From the human T2T-CHM13v2.0 reference genome, Homo sapiens, in the NCBI RefSeq assembly GCF_009914755.1, contig NC_060925.1: a DNA stretch of 64,000 bases. One strand, written 5' to 3'. The position numbers were made by a program, and so were the translations under genes. The notes under the pieces are model-generated. The model worked only from the letters and a program-made list of their open reading frames with translations. It made no database searches and was not told the origin of the DNA. This document shows, piece by piece, positions 1 to 15,300 of this stretch (the first letter of the stretch is position 1; every line of letters starts with the position of its first letter).

Positions 1-1089
1 CATCGAACGGACCCGAATGGAATCATCTAATGGAATGGAATGGAATAATCCATGGACTCGAATGCAATCATCATCGAATGGAATCGAATGGAATCATCGA
101 ATGGACTCGAATGGAATAATCATTGAACGGAATCGAATGGAATCATCATCAGATGGAAACGAATGGAATCATCATCGAATGGAAATGAAAGGAGTCATCA
201 TCTAATGGAATTGCATGGAATCATCATAAAATGGAATCGAATGGAATCAACATCAAATGGAATCAAATGGAATCATTGAACGGAATTGAATGGAATCGTC
301 ATCGAATGAATTGAATGCAATCATCGAATGGTCTCGAATGGAATCATCTTCAAATGGAATGGAATGGAATCATCGCATAGAATCGAATGGAATTATCATC
401 GAATGGAATCGAATGGAATCAACATCCAACGGAAAAAAACGGAATTATCGAATGGAATCGAAGAGAATCATCGAACGGACCCGAATGGAATCATCTAATG
501 GAATGGAATGGAATAATCCATGGACTCGAATGCAATCATCATCGAATGGAATCGAATGGAATCATCGAATGGACTCGAATGGAATAATCATTGAACGGAA
601 TCGAATGGAATCATCTTCGGATGGAAATGAATGGAATCATCATCGAATGGAATCGAATAGAATTATGGAATGAAATCCAGTGTGATCATCATCGAATGGA
701 CCCGAATGGAATCATCATCCAACGGAAGCTAATGGAATCAACATCGAATGAATCGAATGGAAACACCATCGAATTGAAACGAATGGAATTATCATGAAAT
801 TGAAATGGATGGACTCATCATCGGATGGATTCGAATGGAATCATCGAATAAAATTGATTGAAATCATCATCAAATGGAATCGAATGGTATCATTGAATGG
901 AATCAAATGGAATCATCATCAGATGGAAATGAATGGAATCGTCATAGAATGGAATCGAATGGATTCATTGAATGGAATCAGATGGAATCATCGAATGGAC
1001 TGGAATGGAATCATTGAATGGACTCGAAAGGTATCATGATTGAATGGAATTGAATGGAATCATGGAATGGTCTCGATTGGAATCATTAT

Positions 1090-2600
1090 CGAATGGAATC
1101 GAATGGAATCACCGAATAGAACCGAATGGAACAATCATCGAATGGACTCAAATGGAATTATCATCAAATGGAATGGAATGGAATTATCGAATGCAATCGA
1201 ATGGAATTATCGAATGCAATCGAATAGAATCATTGAATGGACTCGAATGGAAACATCGAATGGAATGGAATGGAACAGTCAATGAACTCGAATGGAATCA
1301 TCACTGAATGTAATCGAATGGAATCATCGAGAGGAATCGAATGGAATTATGATCAAATGGAATCGAATGTAATCATCATCAAATGGAATCAAAAATAACC
1401 ACCATCAATTGGTATTGAATGGAATTGTCATCAAATGGAATTCAAAGGAATCATCATCAAATGGAACCGAATGGAATCATCATTGAATGGAAATGAAAGG
1501 GGTCATCATCTAATGGAATCGCATGGAATCATCATCAAATGGAATCGAATGGAATCATCATCAAATGGAATCTGATGGAATCATTGAACAGAATTGAATG
1601 GAATCGTCATCGAATGAATTGAATGCAATCATCGAATGGTCTCGAATGGAATCATCTTCTAATGGAAAGGAATGGAATCATCGCATAGAATCGAATGGAA
1701 TTATCATCGAATGGAATCGAATGGCATCAACACCAAACGGAAAAAAACGGAATTATCGAATGGAATCGAAGAGAATCTTTGAACGGACCCGAATGGAATC
1801 ATCTAATGGAATGGAATGGAATAATCCATGGTCTCGAATGCAATCATCATCGAATGGAATCGAATGGAATCACCGAATAGAATCGAATGGAACAATCATC
1901 GAATGGACTCAAATGGAATTATCATCAAATGGAATGGAATGGAATTATCGAATGCAATCGAATGGAATTATCGAATGCAATCGAATAGAATCATTGAATG
2001 GACTCGAATGGAATCATCAGATGGAATGGAATGGAACAGTCAATGAACTCGAATGGAATCACTGAATGTAATCGAAGGGAATCATCGAGAGGAATCGAAT
2101 GGAATTATGATCAAAAGGAATCGAATGTAATCATCATCAAATGGAATCAAAAATAACCATCATCAATTGGTATTGAATGGAATTGTCATCAAATGGAATT
2201 CAAAGGAAACATCATCAAATGGAACCGAATGGAATCCTCATTGAATGGAAATGAAAGGGGTCATCATCTAATGGAATCGCATGGAATCATCATCAAATGG
2301 AATCGAATGGAATCATCATCAAATGGAATCTGATGGAATCATTGAACAGAATTGAATGGAATCGTCATCGAATGAATTGAATGCAATCATCGAATGGTAT
2401 CGAATGGAATCATCTTCTAATGGAAAGGAATGGAATCATCGCATAGAATCGAATGGAATTATCATCGAATGGAATCGAATGGTATCAACAGCAAACGGAA
2501 AAAAACGGAATTATCGAATGGAATCGAAAAGAATCTTCGAACGGACCCGAATGGACTCGAATGGAATCATCTAATGGAATGCAATGGAATAATCCATGGA
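1090..2600 (+). repeat. ~758-bp partial-unit tandem duplication
   Basis: Landmarks 1598→2356 = 758. Both copies share rare variants CACTGAATGTAATCG (~1302/~2060), GAGAGGAATCG (1329/2087) and TCTGATGG (1571/2329). Confidence 0.8.
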
Positions 2601-3449
2601 CCCGAATGCAATCATCGTCGTATAAAATCGAATGGAATCATCGAATGGACTCGAATGGAATAATCATTGAACGGAATCGAATGGAATCATCATCAGATGG
2701 AAACGAATGGAATCATCATCGAATGGAAATGAAAGGAGTCATCATCTAATGGAATTGCATGGAATCATCATAAAATGGAATCGAATGGAATCAACATCAA
2801 ATGGAATCAAATGGAATCATTGAACGGAATTGAATGGAATCGTCATCGAATGAATTGAATGCAATCATCGAATGGTCTCGAATGGAATCATCTTCAAATG
2901 GAATGGAATGGAATCATCGCATAGAATCGAATGGAATTATCATCGAATGGAATCGAATGGTATCAACATCAAACGGAAAAAAACGGAATTATCAAATGGA
3001 ATCGAAGAGAATCATCGAACGGACCCGAATGGAATCATCTAATGGAATGGAATGGAATAATCCATGGACTCGAATGCAATCATCATCGAATGGAATCGAA
3101 TGGAATCATCGAATGGACTCGAATGGAATAATCATTGAACGGAATCGAATGGAATCATCATCGGATGGAAATGAATGGAATCATCATCGAATGGAATCGA
3201 ATAGAATTGTGGAATGAAATCCAGTGTGATCATCATCGAATGGACCCGAATGGAATCATCATCCAACGGAAGCTAATGGAATCAACATCGAATGAATCGA
3301 ATGGAAACACCATCGAATTGAAACGAGTGGAATTATCATGAAATTGAAATGGATGGACTCATCATCGAATGGATTCGAATGGAATCATCGAATAAAATTG
3401 ATTGAAATCATCATCAAATGGAATCGAATGGTATCATTGAATGGAATCG

Positions 3450-6345
3450 AATGGAATCATCATCAGATGGAAATGAATGGAATCGTCATAGAATGGAATC
3501 GAATGGATTCATTGAATGGAATCAGATGGAATCATCGAATGGACTGGAATGGAATCATTGAATGGACTCGAAAGGGATCATTATTGAATGGAATTGAATG
3601 GAATCATCGAATGGTCTCGATTGGAATCATTATCAAATGGAATCGAATGGAATCACCGAATAGAATCGAATGGAACAATCATCGAATGCACTCAAATGGA
3701 ATTATCCTCAAATGCAATCGAATGGATTTATCGAATGCAATCGAATGGAATTATCGAATGCAATCGAATAGAATCATCGAATGGACTCGAATGGAATCAT
3801 CGAATGGAATGGAATGGAACAGTCAATGAAGTCGAATGGAATCATCATTGAATGGAATCGAATGGAATCATCGAGTGGAATCGAATGGAATTATGATCAA
3901 ATGGAATCGAATGTAATCATCATCAAATGGAATCAAAAATAACCATCATCAATTGGTATTGAATGGAATTGTCATCAAATGGAATTCAAAGGAATCATCA
4001 TCAAATGGAACCGAATGGAATCCTCATTGAATGGAAATGAAAGGGGTCATCATCTAATGGAATCGCATGTAATCATCATCAAATGGAATCGAATGGAATC
4101 ATCATCAAATGGAATCTAATGGAATCATTGAAAAGAATTGAATGGAATCGTCATCGAATGAATTGAATGCAATCATCGAATGGTCTCGAATGGAATCATC
4201 TTCTAATGGAAAGGAATGGAATCATCGCATAGAATCGAATGGAATTATCATCAAATGGAATCGAATGGTATCAACGCCAAACGGAAAAAAACGGAATTTT
4301 CGAATGGAATCGAAGAGAATCTTCGAACGGACCCGAATGGAATCATCTAATGGAATGGAATGGAATAATCCATGGACTCGAATGCAATCATCATCGAATG
4401 GAATCGAATGGAATCATCGAATGGACTCGAATGGAATAATCATTGAACGGAATCGAATGGAATCATCATCGGATGGAAACGAATGGAATCATCATCGAAT
4501 GGAAATGAAAGGCGTCATCATCTAATGGAATTGCATGGAATCATCATAAAATGGAATCGAATGGAATCAACATCAAATGGAATCAAATGGAATCATTGAA
4601 CGGAATTGAATGGAATCGTCATCGAATGAATTGAATGCAATCATCGAATGGTCTCGAATGGAATCATCTTCAAATGGAATGGAATGGAATCATCGCATAG
4701 AATCGAATGGAATTATCATCGAATGGAATCGAATGGAATCAACATCAAACGGAAAAAAACGGAATTATCGTATGGAATCGAAGAGAATCATCGAATGGAC
4801 CCGAATGGAATCATCTAATGGAATGTAATGGAATAATCCATGGACTCGAATGCAATCATCATCGAATGGAAGCGAATGGAATCATCGAATGGACTCGAAT
4901 GGAATCATCATCAGATGGAAATGAATGGAATCGTCATAGAATGGAATCGAATGGATTCATTGAATGGAATCAGATGGAATCATCGAATGGACTGGAATGG
5001 AATCATTGAATGGACTCGAAAGGGATCATTATTGAATGGAATTGAATGGAATCATCGAATGGTCTCGATTGGAATCATTATCAAATGGAATCGAATCGAA
5101 TCACCGAATAGAATCGAATGGAACAATCATCGAATGCACTCAAATGGAATTATCCCCAAATGCAATCGAATGGATTTATCGAATGCAATCGAATGGAATT
5201 ATCGAATGCAATCGAATAGAATCATCGAATGGACTCGAATGGAATCATCGAATGGAATGGAATGGAACAGTCAATGAAGTCGAATGGAATCATCATTGAA
5301 TGGAATCGAATGGAATCATCGAGTGGAATCGAATGGAATTATGATCAAATGGAATCGAATGTAATCATCATCAAATGGAATCAAAAATAACCATCATCAA
5401 TTGGTATTGAATGGAATTGTCATCAAATGGAATTCAAAGGAATCATCATCAAATGGAACCGAATGGAATCCTCATTGAATGGAAATGAAAGGGGTCATCA
5501 TCTAATGGAATCGCATGTAATCATCATCAAATGGAATCGAATGGAATCATCATCAAATGGAATCTAATGGAATCATTGAAAAGAATTGAATGGAATCGTC
5601 ATCGAATGAATTGAATGCAATCATCGAATGGTCTCGAATAGAATCATCTTCTAATGGAAAGGAATGGAATCATCGCATAGAATCGAATGGAATTATCATC
5701 AAATGGAATCGAATGGTATCAACGCCAAACGGAAAAAAACGGAATTTTCGAATGGAATCGAAGAGAATCTTCGAACGGACCCGAATGGAATCATCTAATG
5801 GAATGGAATGGAATAATCCATGGACTCGAATGCAATCATCATCGAATGGAATCGAATGGAATCATCGAATGGACTCGAATGGAATAATCATTGAACGGAA
5901 TCGAATGGAATCATCATCGGATGGAAACGAATGGAATCATCATCGAATGGAAATGAAAGGAGTCATCATCTAATGGAATTGCATGGAATCATCATCAAAT
6001 GGAATCGAATGGAATCAACATCAAATGGAATCAAATGGAATCATTGAACGGAATTGAATGGAATCGTCATCGAATGAATTGAATGCAATCATCGAATGGT
6101 CTCGAATGGAATCATCTTCAAATGGAATGGAATGGAATCATCGCATAGAATCGAATGGAATTATCATCGAATGGAATCGAATGGAATCAACATCAAACGG
6201 AAAAAAACGGAATTATCGTATGGAATCGAAGAGAATCATCGAATGGACCCGAATGGAATCATCTAATGGAATGTAATGGAATAATCCATGGACTCGAATG
6301 CAATCATCATCGAATGGAAGCGAATGGAATCATCGAATGGACTGG
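3450..6345 (+). repeat. 1448-bp partial-unit tandem duplication
   Basis: A constant offset of 1448 holds for ORF starts 3588/5036, 4142/5590, 4239/5687, 4610/6058 and 4707/6155. Shared private variants are AATGCACTCAAA, GAAGTCGAA, AACGCCAAAC, AATTTTCG, TTATCGTATGG and GGAAGCGAAT. Confidence 0.9.
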
Positions 6346-9300
6346 AATGGAATAATCATTGAACGGAATCGAATGGAATCATCATCGGATGGAAATGAAT
6401 GGAATCATCATCGAATGGAATCGAATAGAATTATGGAATGAAATCCAGTGTGATCATCATCGAATGGACCCGAATGGAATCATCATCCAACGGAAGCTAA
6501 TGGAATCAACATCGAATGAATCGAATGGAAACACCATCGAATTGAAACGAATGGAATTATCATGAAATTGAAATGGATGGACTCATCATCGGATGGATTC
6601 GAATGGAATCATCGAATAAAATTGATTGAAATCATCATCAAATGGAATCGAATGGTATCATTGAATGGAATCGAATGGAATCATCATCAGATGGAAATGA
6701 ATGGAATCGTCATAGAATGGAATCGAATGGATTCATTGAATGGAATCAGATGGAATCATCGAATGGACTGGAATGGAATCATTGAATGGACTCGAAAGGG
6801 ATCATTATTGAATGGAATTGAATGGAATCATCGAATGGTCTCGAATGGAATCAACCTCAAACGGAATCAAACGGAATTATCGAATGGAATCGAAGAGAAT
6901 CATCGAATGGACTCGAATGGAATCATCTAATGGAATGGAATGGAATAATCCATGGACTCGAATGCAATCATCATTGAATGGAATCGAATGGAATCATCGA
7001 ATGGACTCGAATGGAATAATCATTGGACGGAATCGAATGGAGTCATCATCGGATGGAAATGAATGGAATCATCATCGAATGGAATCGAATGGAATCATCA
7101 AATGGAATCAGATGGAATCATCATCAAATGGAATCGAATAGAATTATGGAATGAAATCCAACGTGATCATAATCGAATGGACTCGAATGGAATCATCATC
7201 CAATGGAAACTAACGGAATCAACATCCAATGGAATCGAATGGAAACCCCAAAGAATTGAAACGAATGAAATTATCATGAAATTGAAATGGATGGACTCAT
7301 CATCGAATGGATTCGAATGGAATCATCGAATGAAATTTATTGAAATCACCATCAAATGGAATCGAATGAAATCATTGAATGGAATCGAATGGAATCATCA
7401 TCAGATGGAAATGAATGGAATCATCACAGAATGGAATCGAATGGATTCATTGAATGGAATCAGATGGAATCATCGAATGGACTTGAATGGAATCATTGAA
7501 TGGACTCGAATGGAATAATTATTGAATGGAATTGAATGGAATCATCGAATGGTCTCGAATGGAATCATTATCAAATGGAATCGAATGGAATCACCGAATA
7601 GAATCGAATGGAACAATCATCGAATGGACTCAAATGGAATTATCCTCAAATGGAATCGAATGGAATTATCGAATGCAGTCGAATGGAATAATCGTATGCA
7701 ATCGAATAGAATCATCGAATGGACTGGAATGGAATCATCGAATGGAATGGAATGGAATAGTCAATGAACTCGAATGGAATCATCATTGAATGGAATCGAA
7801 TGGAATCATCGAGTGGAATCGAATGGAATCATGATCAAATGGAATCGAATGTAATCATCATCAAATGGAATCAAAAATAACCATCATCAATTGGTATTGA
7901 ATGGAAATGTCATCAAATGAAATTCAAAGGAATCATCATCAAATGGAACCGAATGGAATCCTCATTGTATGGAAATGAAAGGAGTCATCATCTAATGGAA
8001 TCGCATGGAATCATCATCAAATGGAATCGAATGGAATCATCATCAAATGGAATCTAATGGAATCATTGAACGGAATTGAATGGAATCGTCATCGAATGAA
8101 TTGAATGCAATCATCGAATGGTCTCGAACGGAATCATCTTCCAATGGAATGGCATGGAATCATCGCATAGAATCGAATGGAATTATCATCGAATGGACTC
8201 GAATGGAATCAACCTCAAAAGGAATCAAACGGAATTATCGAATGGAATCGAGGAGAATCATAGAATGGACTCGAATGGAATCATCTAATGGAATGGAACG
8301 GAATAATCCATGGATTCGAATGCAATCATCATTGAATGGAATCGAATGGAATCATCGAATGGACTCGAATGGAATAATCATTGAACGGAATCGAATGGAA
8401 TCATCATCGAATGGAATCGAATGGAATCATCCAATGGAATCAGATGGAATCATCATCAAATGGAATCGAATAGAATTATGGAATGAAATCCAATGTGATC
8501 ATCATCGAATGGACTCGAATGGAATCATCATCCAATGGAAACGAATGGAATCAACATCGAATGGAATCGAATGGAAACACCATCGAATTGAAACGAATGG
8601 AATTATCATGAGATTGAAATGGATGGACTCATCATCGAATGGATTCGAATGGAATCATCGAATGAGATTGATTGAAATCATCATCAAATGGAATCGAATG
8701 GAATCATTGAATGGAATCGAATGGAATCATCATCAGATGGAAATGAATGGAATCATCATAGAATGGAGTCGAATGGATTCATTGAATGTAATCAGATGGA
8801 ATCATCGAATGGACTTGTATGGAATCATTGAATGGACTCGAATGGAATCATTATTGAATGGAATTGAATTGAATCATCGAATGGTCTCGAATGGAATCAT
8901 TATCAAATGGAATCGAATGGAATCACCGAATAGAATCGAATGGAAAAATCATCGAATGGACTCAAATGGAATTATCCTCAAATGGAATCGAATGGAATTA
9001 TCGAATCCAATAGAATGGAATAATCGAATGCAATGGAATAGAATCATCGAATGGACTTGAATGGAATCATCGAATGGAATGGAATGGAATAGTCAATGAA
9101 CTCGAAGGGAATCTTCATTGAATGGAATCGAGTGGAATCATCCAGTGGAATCGAATGGAATCATGATCAAATGGAATCGAATGTAATCATCATCAAATGG
9201 AATCAAAAATAACCATCATCAATTGGTATTGAATGGAATTGTCATCAAATGAAATTCAAAGGAATCATCATCAAATGGAACCGAATGGAATCCGCATTGT

Positions 9301-12300
9301 ATGGAAATGAAAGGAGTCATCATCTAATGGAATCGCATGGAATCATCATCAAATGGAATCGAATGGAATCATCATCAAATGGAATCTAATGGAATCATTG
9401 AACGGAATTGAATGGAATCGTCATCGAACGAGTTGAATGCAATCATCGAATGGTCTCGAAAGGAATCATCTTCCAATGGAATGGAATGGAATCATCGCAT
9501 AGAATCGAATGGAATTATCATCGAATGGACTCGAATGGAATCAACCTCAAAGGAAATCAAACGGAATTATCGAATGGAATCGAAGAGAATCATCGAATGG
9601 ATTCGAATGGAATCATCTAATTGAATGGAATGGAATAATCCATGGACTCGAATGCAATCATCATCGAATGGAATCGAATGGGATCATCAAATGGACTCGA
9701 ATGTAATAATCATTGAACGGAATCGAATGGAATCATCATCGGATGGAAACGAATTGAATCATCATCGAATGGAATCGAACGGAATCATCAAATGGAATCA
9801 GATGGAATGAACATCAAATGGAATCGAATAGAATTATGGAATGAAATCCAATGTGATCATCATCGAATGGACTCGAATGGAATCATCATCCAATGGAAAC
9901 TAATGGAATCAACATCGAATGGAATCGAATGGAAACACCATCGAATTGAAACGAATGGAATTATCATCAAATTGAAATGGATGGACTCATCATCGAATGG
10001 ACTCGAATGGAATCATCGAATGGAATGGAATGGAACAGTCAATGAACTCGAATGGAATCATCATTGAATGGAATCGAATGGAATCATCGAGTGGAATCGA
10101 ATGGAATCATGATCAAATGGAATCGAATGTAATCATCATCAAATGGAATCAAAAATAACCATCATCAATTGGTATTGAATGGAATTGTCATCAAATGGAA
10201 TTCAAAGGAATCATCATCAAATGGAACCAAGTGGAATCCTCATGGAATGGAAATGAAAGGAGTCATCATCTAATGGAATCGCATGGAATCATCATCAAAT
10301 GGAATCGAATGGAATCATCATCAAATGGAATCAAAAATAAACATCATTAATTGGTATTGAATGGAATTGTCATCAAACGGAATTCAAAGGAATCGTCATG
10401 AAATGGAACCGAATGGAATGATCATCAAATGGAATCTAATGGAATCATTGAACGGAATTGAATGGAATCGTCATCGAATGAATTGAATGCAATCATCGAA
10501 TGGTCTCGAACGGAATCATCTTCCAATGGAATGGAATGGAATAATCGCATAGAATCGAATGGAATTATCATCGAATGGACTCGAATGGAATCAACCTCAA
10601 ACGGAATCAAACGGAATTATCAAATGGAATCGAAGAGAATCATCGAATGGACTCGAATGGAATCATCTAATGGAATGGAACGGAATAACCCATGGACTCG
10701 AATGCAATCATCATCGAATGGAATCGAATGGAATCATCGAATGGACTCGAATGGAATAATCATTGAACGGAAACGAATGGAATCATCATCGGATGGAAAC
10801 GTATGGAATCATAATCGAATGGAATCGAATGGAATCATCAAATGGAATCAGATGGAATCAACATCAAATTGAATCGAAGAGAATTATGGAATGAAATCCA
10901 ATGTGATCATCATCGAATGGACTCGAATGGAATCATCATCCAATGGAAACTAATGGAATCAATATCGAATGTAATCGAATGGAAACACCATCGAATTTAA
11001 ACGAATGGAATTATCATGAAACTGAAATGGATGGACTCATCATCGAATGGATTGGAATGGAATCATCGAATGAAATTGATTGAAATCATCATCACATGGA
11101 ATCGAATGGAATCATGGAATGGAATCGAATGGAATCATCATAAGATGGAAATGAATGGAATCATCATAGAATGGAATCAAATGGATTCATTGAATGGAAT
11201 CAGATGGAATCATCGAATGGACTTGAATGGAATCATTGAATGGACGCGAATGGAATCATTATTGAATGGAATTGAATGGAATCATCGAATGGTCTCGAAT
11301 GGAATAATTATCAAATGGAATCGAATGGAATCATCATCAAATGGAATCTAATGGAATCATTGAACGGAATTGAATGGAATCGTCATCGAATGAATTGAAT
11401 GTAATCATTGAATGGTCTCGAAAGGAATCACCTTCCAATGGAATGGCATGGAATCATCGCATAGAATCGAATGGAATTATCATCGAATGGACTCGAATGG
11501 AATCAAATTCAAAAGGAATCAAATGGAATTATCGAATGGAATCGAAGAGAATCATCGAATGGACTCGAATGGAATCATCTAATTGAATGGAATGGAATAA
11601 TCCATGGACTCGAATGCAATCATCATCGAATGGAATCGAATGGAATCATCGAATGGACTCGAATGGAATAATCATTGAACGGAATCGAATGGAATCATCA
11701 TCGAATGGAATCGAATGGAATCATCAAATAGAATCAGATGGAATCATCATCAAATGGAATCGAATAGAATTATGGAATCAAATCCAATGTGATCATCATC
11801 GAATGGACTCGAATGGAATCATCATCCCATGGAAACTAATGGAATCAACATCGAATGGAATCGAATGGAAACACCATCAAATTGAAACGAATGGAATTAT
11901 CATCAAATTGAAATGGATGGACTCATCATCGAATGGATTCGAATGGAATCATCGAATGAAATTGATTGAAATCATCATCAAATGGAATCGAATGGAATCA
12001 TTGAATGGAATCGAATGGAATCATCATCAGATGGAAATGAATGGAATCATCACAGAATGGAATCGAATGGATTCATTGAATGGAATCAGATGGAATCATC
12101 GAATGGACTTGAATGGAATCATTGAATGGACTCGAATGGAATCATTATCAAATGGAATCGAATGGAATCACCGAATAGAATCGAATGGAACAATCATCGA
12201 ATGGACTCAAATGGAATTATCCTCAAATGGAATCGAATGGAATTATCGAATGCAATCGAATGGAATAATCGAATGCAATCGAATAGAATCATCGAATGGA

Positions 12301-15300
12301 CTCGAATGGAATCATCGAATGGAATGGAAAGGAATAGTCAATGAACTCGAATGGAAGCATCATTGAATGGAATGGAATGGAATCATCGAGTGGAATCGAA
12401 TGGAATCATGATCAAATGGAATCGAATGTAATCATCATCCAATGGAATCAAAAATAACCATCATCAATTGGTATTGAATGGAATTGTCATCAAATGGAAT
12501 TCAAAGGAATCATCATCAAATGGAACCGAATGGAATCCTCATTGAATGGAAATGAAAGGAGTCATCATCTAATGGAATCGCATGGAATCATAATCAAATG
12601 GAATCGAATGGAATCATCACCAAATGGAATCTAATGGAATCATTGAACGGAATTGAATGGAATCGTCATCGAATGAATTGAATGCAATCATCGAATGGTC
12701 TCGAATGGAATCATTTTCCAAGGGAATGGAATGGAATCATCGCATGGAATCGAAAGGAATTATCATCAAATGGACTCGAATGAAATCAACCTCAAATGCA
12801 ATCAAACGGAATTATCGAATGAATCGAAGAGAATCAACGAATGGACTCGAATGGAATAATCATTGAACGGAATCGAATGGAATCATCATCGGATGGAAAC
12901 GAATGGAATCATTATCGAATGGAATCATCAAATGGAATCAGATGGAATCATCATCAAATGGAATCGAATAGAATTATGGAATGAAATCCAATGTGATCAT
13001 CATCGAATGGACTCGAATGGAATCATCATCCAATGGAAACTAATGGAATCAACATCGAATGGAATCGAATGGAAACACCATCGAATTAAAACGAATGGAA
13101 TTATCATGAAACTGAAATGGATGGACTCAGAATCAAATGGATTCGAATGGATTCATCGAATGAAATTTATTGAAATCATCATCAAATGGAATCGAATGGA
13201 ATCATTGAATGGATTCGAATGGAATTATCATCAGATGGAAATGAATGGAATCATCACAGAATGGAATCGAAAGGATTCATTGAATGGAATCAGATGGAAT
13301 CATCGAATGGACTTGAATGGAAGCATTGAATGGACTCGAATGGAATCATTATTGAATGGAATTGAATGGAATCATCGAATGGTCTCGCATGGAATCATTA
13401 TCAAATGGAATCGAATGGAATCACCGAATAGAATCGAATGGAACAATCATCGAATGGACTGAAAAGTAATTATCCTCAAATGGAATCGAATGGAATTATC
13501 GAATGCAAACGAATGGAATAATCGAATGCAATCGAATGGAATCATCGGATGGACTCGAATGGAATCATCGAATGGAATGGAAAGGAATAGTCAATGAACT
13601 CGAATGGAATCATCATTGATTGGAATCGAATGGAATCATCGAGTGGAATCGAATGGAATCATGATCAAATGGAATCGAATGTAATCATCATCAAATGGAA
13701 TCAAAAATAACCATCATCAATTGGTATTGAATGGAATTGTCATCAAATGGAATTCAAAGGAATCATCATCAAATGGAACCGAATGGAATCCTCACTGAAT
13801 GGAAATGAAAGGAGTCATCATCTAATGGAATCGCACGGAATCATCATCAAATGGAATCGAATGGAACCATCATCAAATGGAATCTAATGGAATCATTGAA
13901 CGGAATTGAATGGAATCGTCATCGAATGAATTGAATGCAATCATCGAATGGTCTCCAGCGGAATCATATTCCAATGGAATGGAATGGAATCATCGCATAG
14001 AATCGAAAGGAATTATCATCGAATGAACTCGAATGGAATCAACCTCAAACGGAATCAAACGGAATTATAGAATGGAATCGAAGAGAATCATCGAATGGAC
14101 TCGAATGGAATCATCTAATGGAATGGAATGGAATAATCCATGGACTCGAATGCAATCATCATCGAATGGAATCGAATGGAATCATCGAATGGACTCGAAT
14201 GGAATAATCATTGAACGGAATCGAATGGAATCATCATTGGATGGAAACGAATGGAATCATCATCGAATGCAATCGAATGGAATCATCAAATGGAATCAGA
14301 TGGAATCATCATCAAAAGTAATCGAATAGAATTATGGAATGAAATCCAATGTGATCATCATCGAATGGACTCAAATGGAATCATCATCCAATGGAAACTA
14401 ATGGAATCAACATCCAATGGAATCGAATGGAAACACCATCGAATTGAAACGAATGGAATTATGATGAAATTGAAATGGATGGACTCATCATCGAATGGGT
14501 TCGAATGGGATCATCGGATGAAATTTATTGAAATCATCATCAAATGGAATCGAATGGAATCATTGAATGGAATCGAATGGAATCATCATCAGATGGAAAT
14601 GAATGGAATCATCACAGAATGGAAACGAATGGATTCATTGAATGGAATCAGATGGAATCATCGAATGGACGTGAATGAAATCATTGAATGGACTCGAATG
14701 GAATCATTATTTAATGGAATTGAATGGAATCATCGAATGCTCTCGAATGGAATCATTATCAAATGGAATCGAATGGAATCACCGAATAGAATGGAATGGA
14801 ACAATCATTGAATGGACTCAAATGGAATTATCCTCAAATGGAATCGAATGGATTTATCGAATGCAACCGAATGGAATAATCGAATGCAATCGAATAGAAT
14901 CATCAAATGGACTGGAATGGAATCATCGAATGGAATGGAATGGAATAGTCAATGAACTCGAATGGAATCATCATTGAATGGAATGGAATGGAATCATGAT
15001 CAAATGGAATCGAATGTAATCATCATCAAATGGAATTAAAAATAACCATCATCAGTTGGTATTGAATGGAACTGTCATCAAATGAAATTCAAAGGAATCA
15101 TCATCAAATGGAACCGAATGGAATCCTCATTGAATGGAAATGAAAGGAGTCATCATCTAATGGAATCGCATGGAATCATCATTGAATGGAATCAAATGGA
15201 ATCATCATCAAATACAATCTAATGGAATCATTGAACGGAATTGAATGGAATCGTCATCGAATGAATTGAATGCAATCATCGAATGGTCTCCAACGGAATC

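Larger units (their letters stand above)
1..6850 (+). repeat. HSat2 domain 1: 1776-bp unit (1308-bp + 468-bp subunits), HSat2A / 1.77-kb type
   Basis: Landmark spacings are 290→1598 = 1308, 2834→4142 = 1308, 4142→4610 = 468 and 5590→6058 = 468. One intact unit spans 2834–4609 (1776 bp). Diagnostic words are AAACGGAAAAAAACGG, GGACCCGAAT and CAACGGAAGCTAAT. The 1.77-kb period is established for the chromosome 1q12 Satellite II array; assigning this window to that chromosome is inference. Confidence 0.85.

Noticed and set aside
845-870. AATAAA and the small inverted repeat TGATT-GA-AATCA as a poly(A) signal or hairpin
   Set aside because: Both are short motifs expected by chance in A-rich satellite, with no supporting downstream element or transcript evidence visible.
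8080-9060. Long + strand ORFs (326 aa here; 308–310 aa at 26891 and 27739; many of 200–270 aa)
   Set aside because: They are translations of the satellite (MESSSNGIEWNH repeats), open in several overlapping frames. Their length depends only on whether monomer indels preserve frame. There is no domain, codon or splice evidence. Similar database 'hypothetical proteins' typically derive from human satellite contamination.
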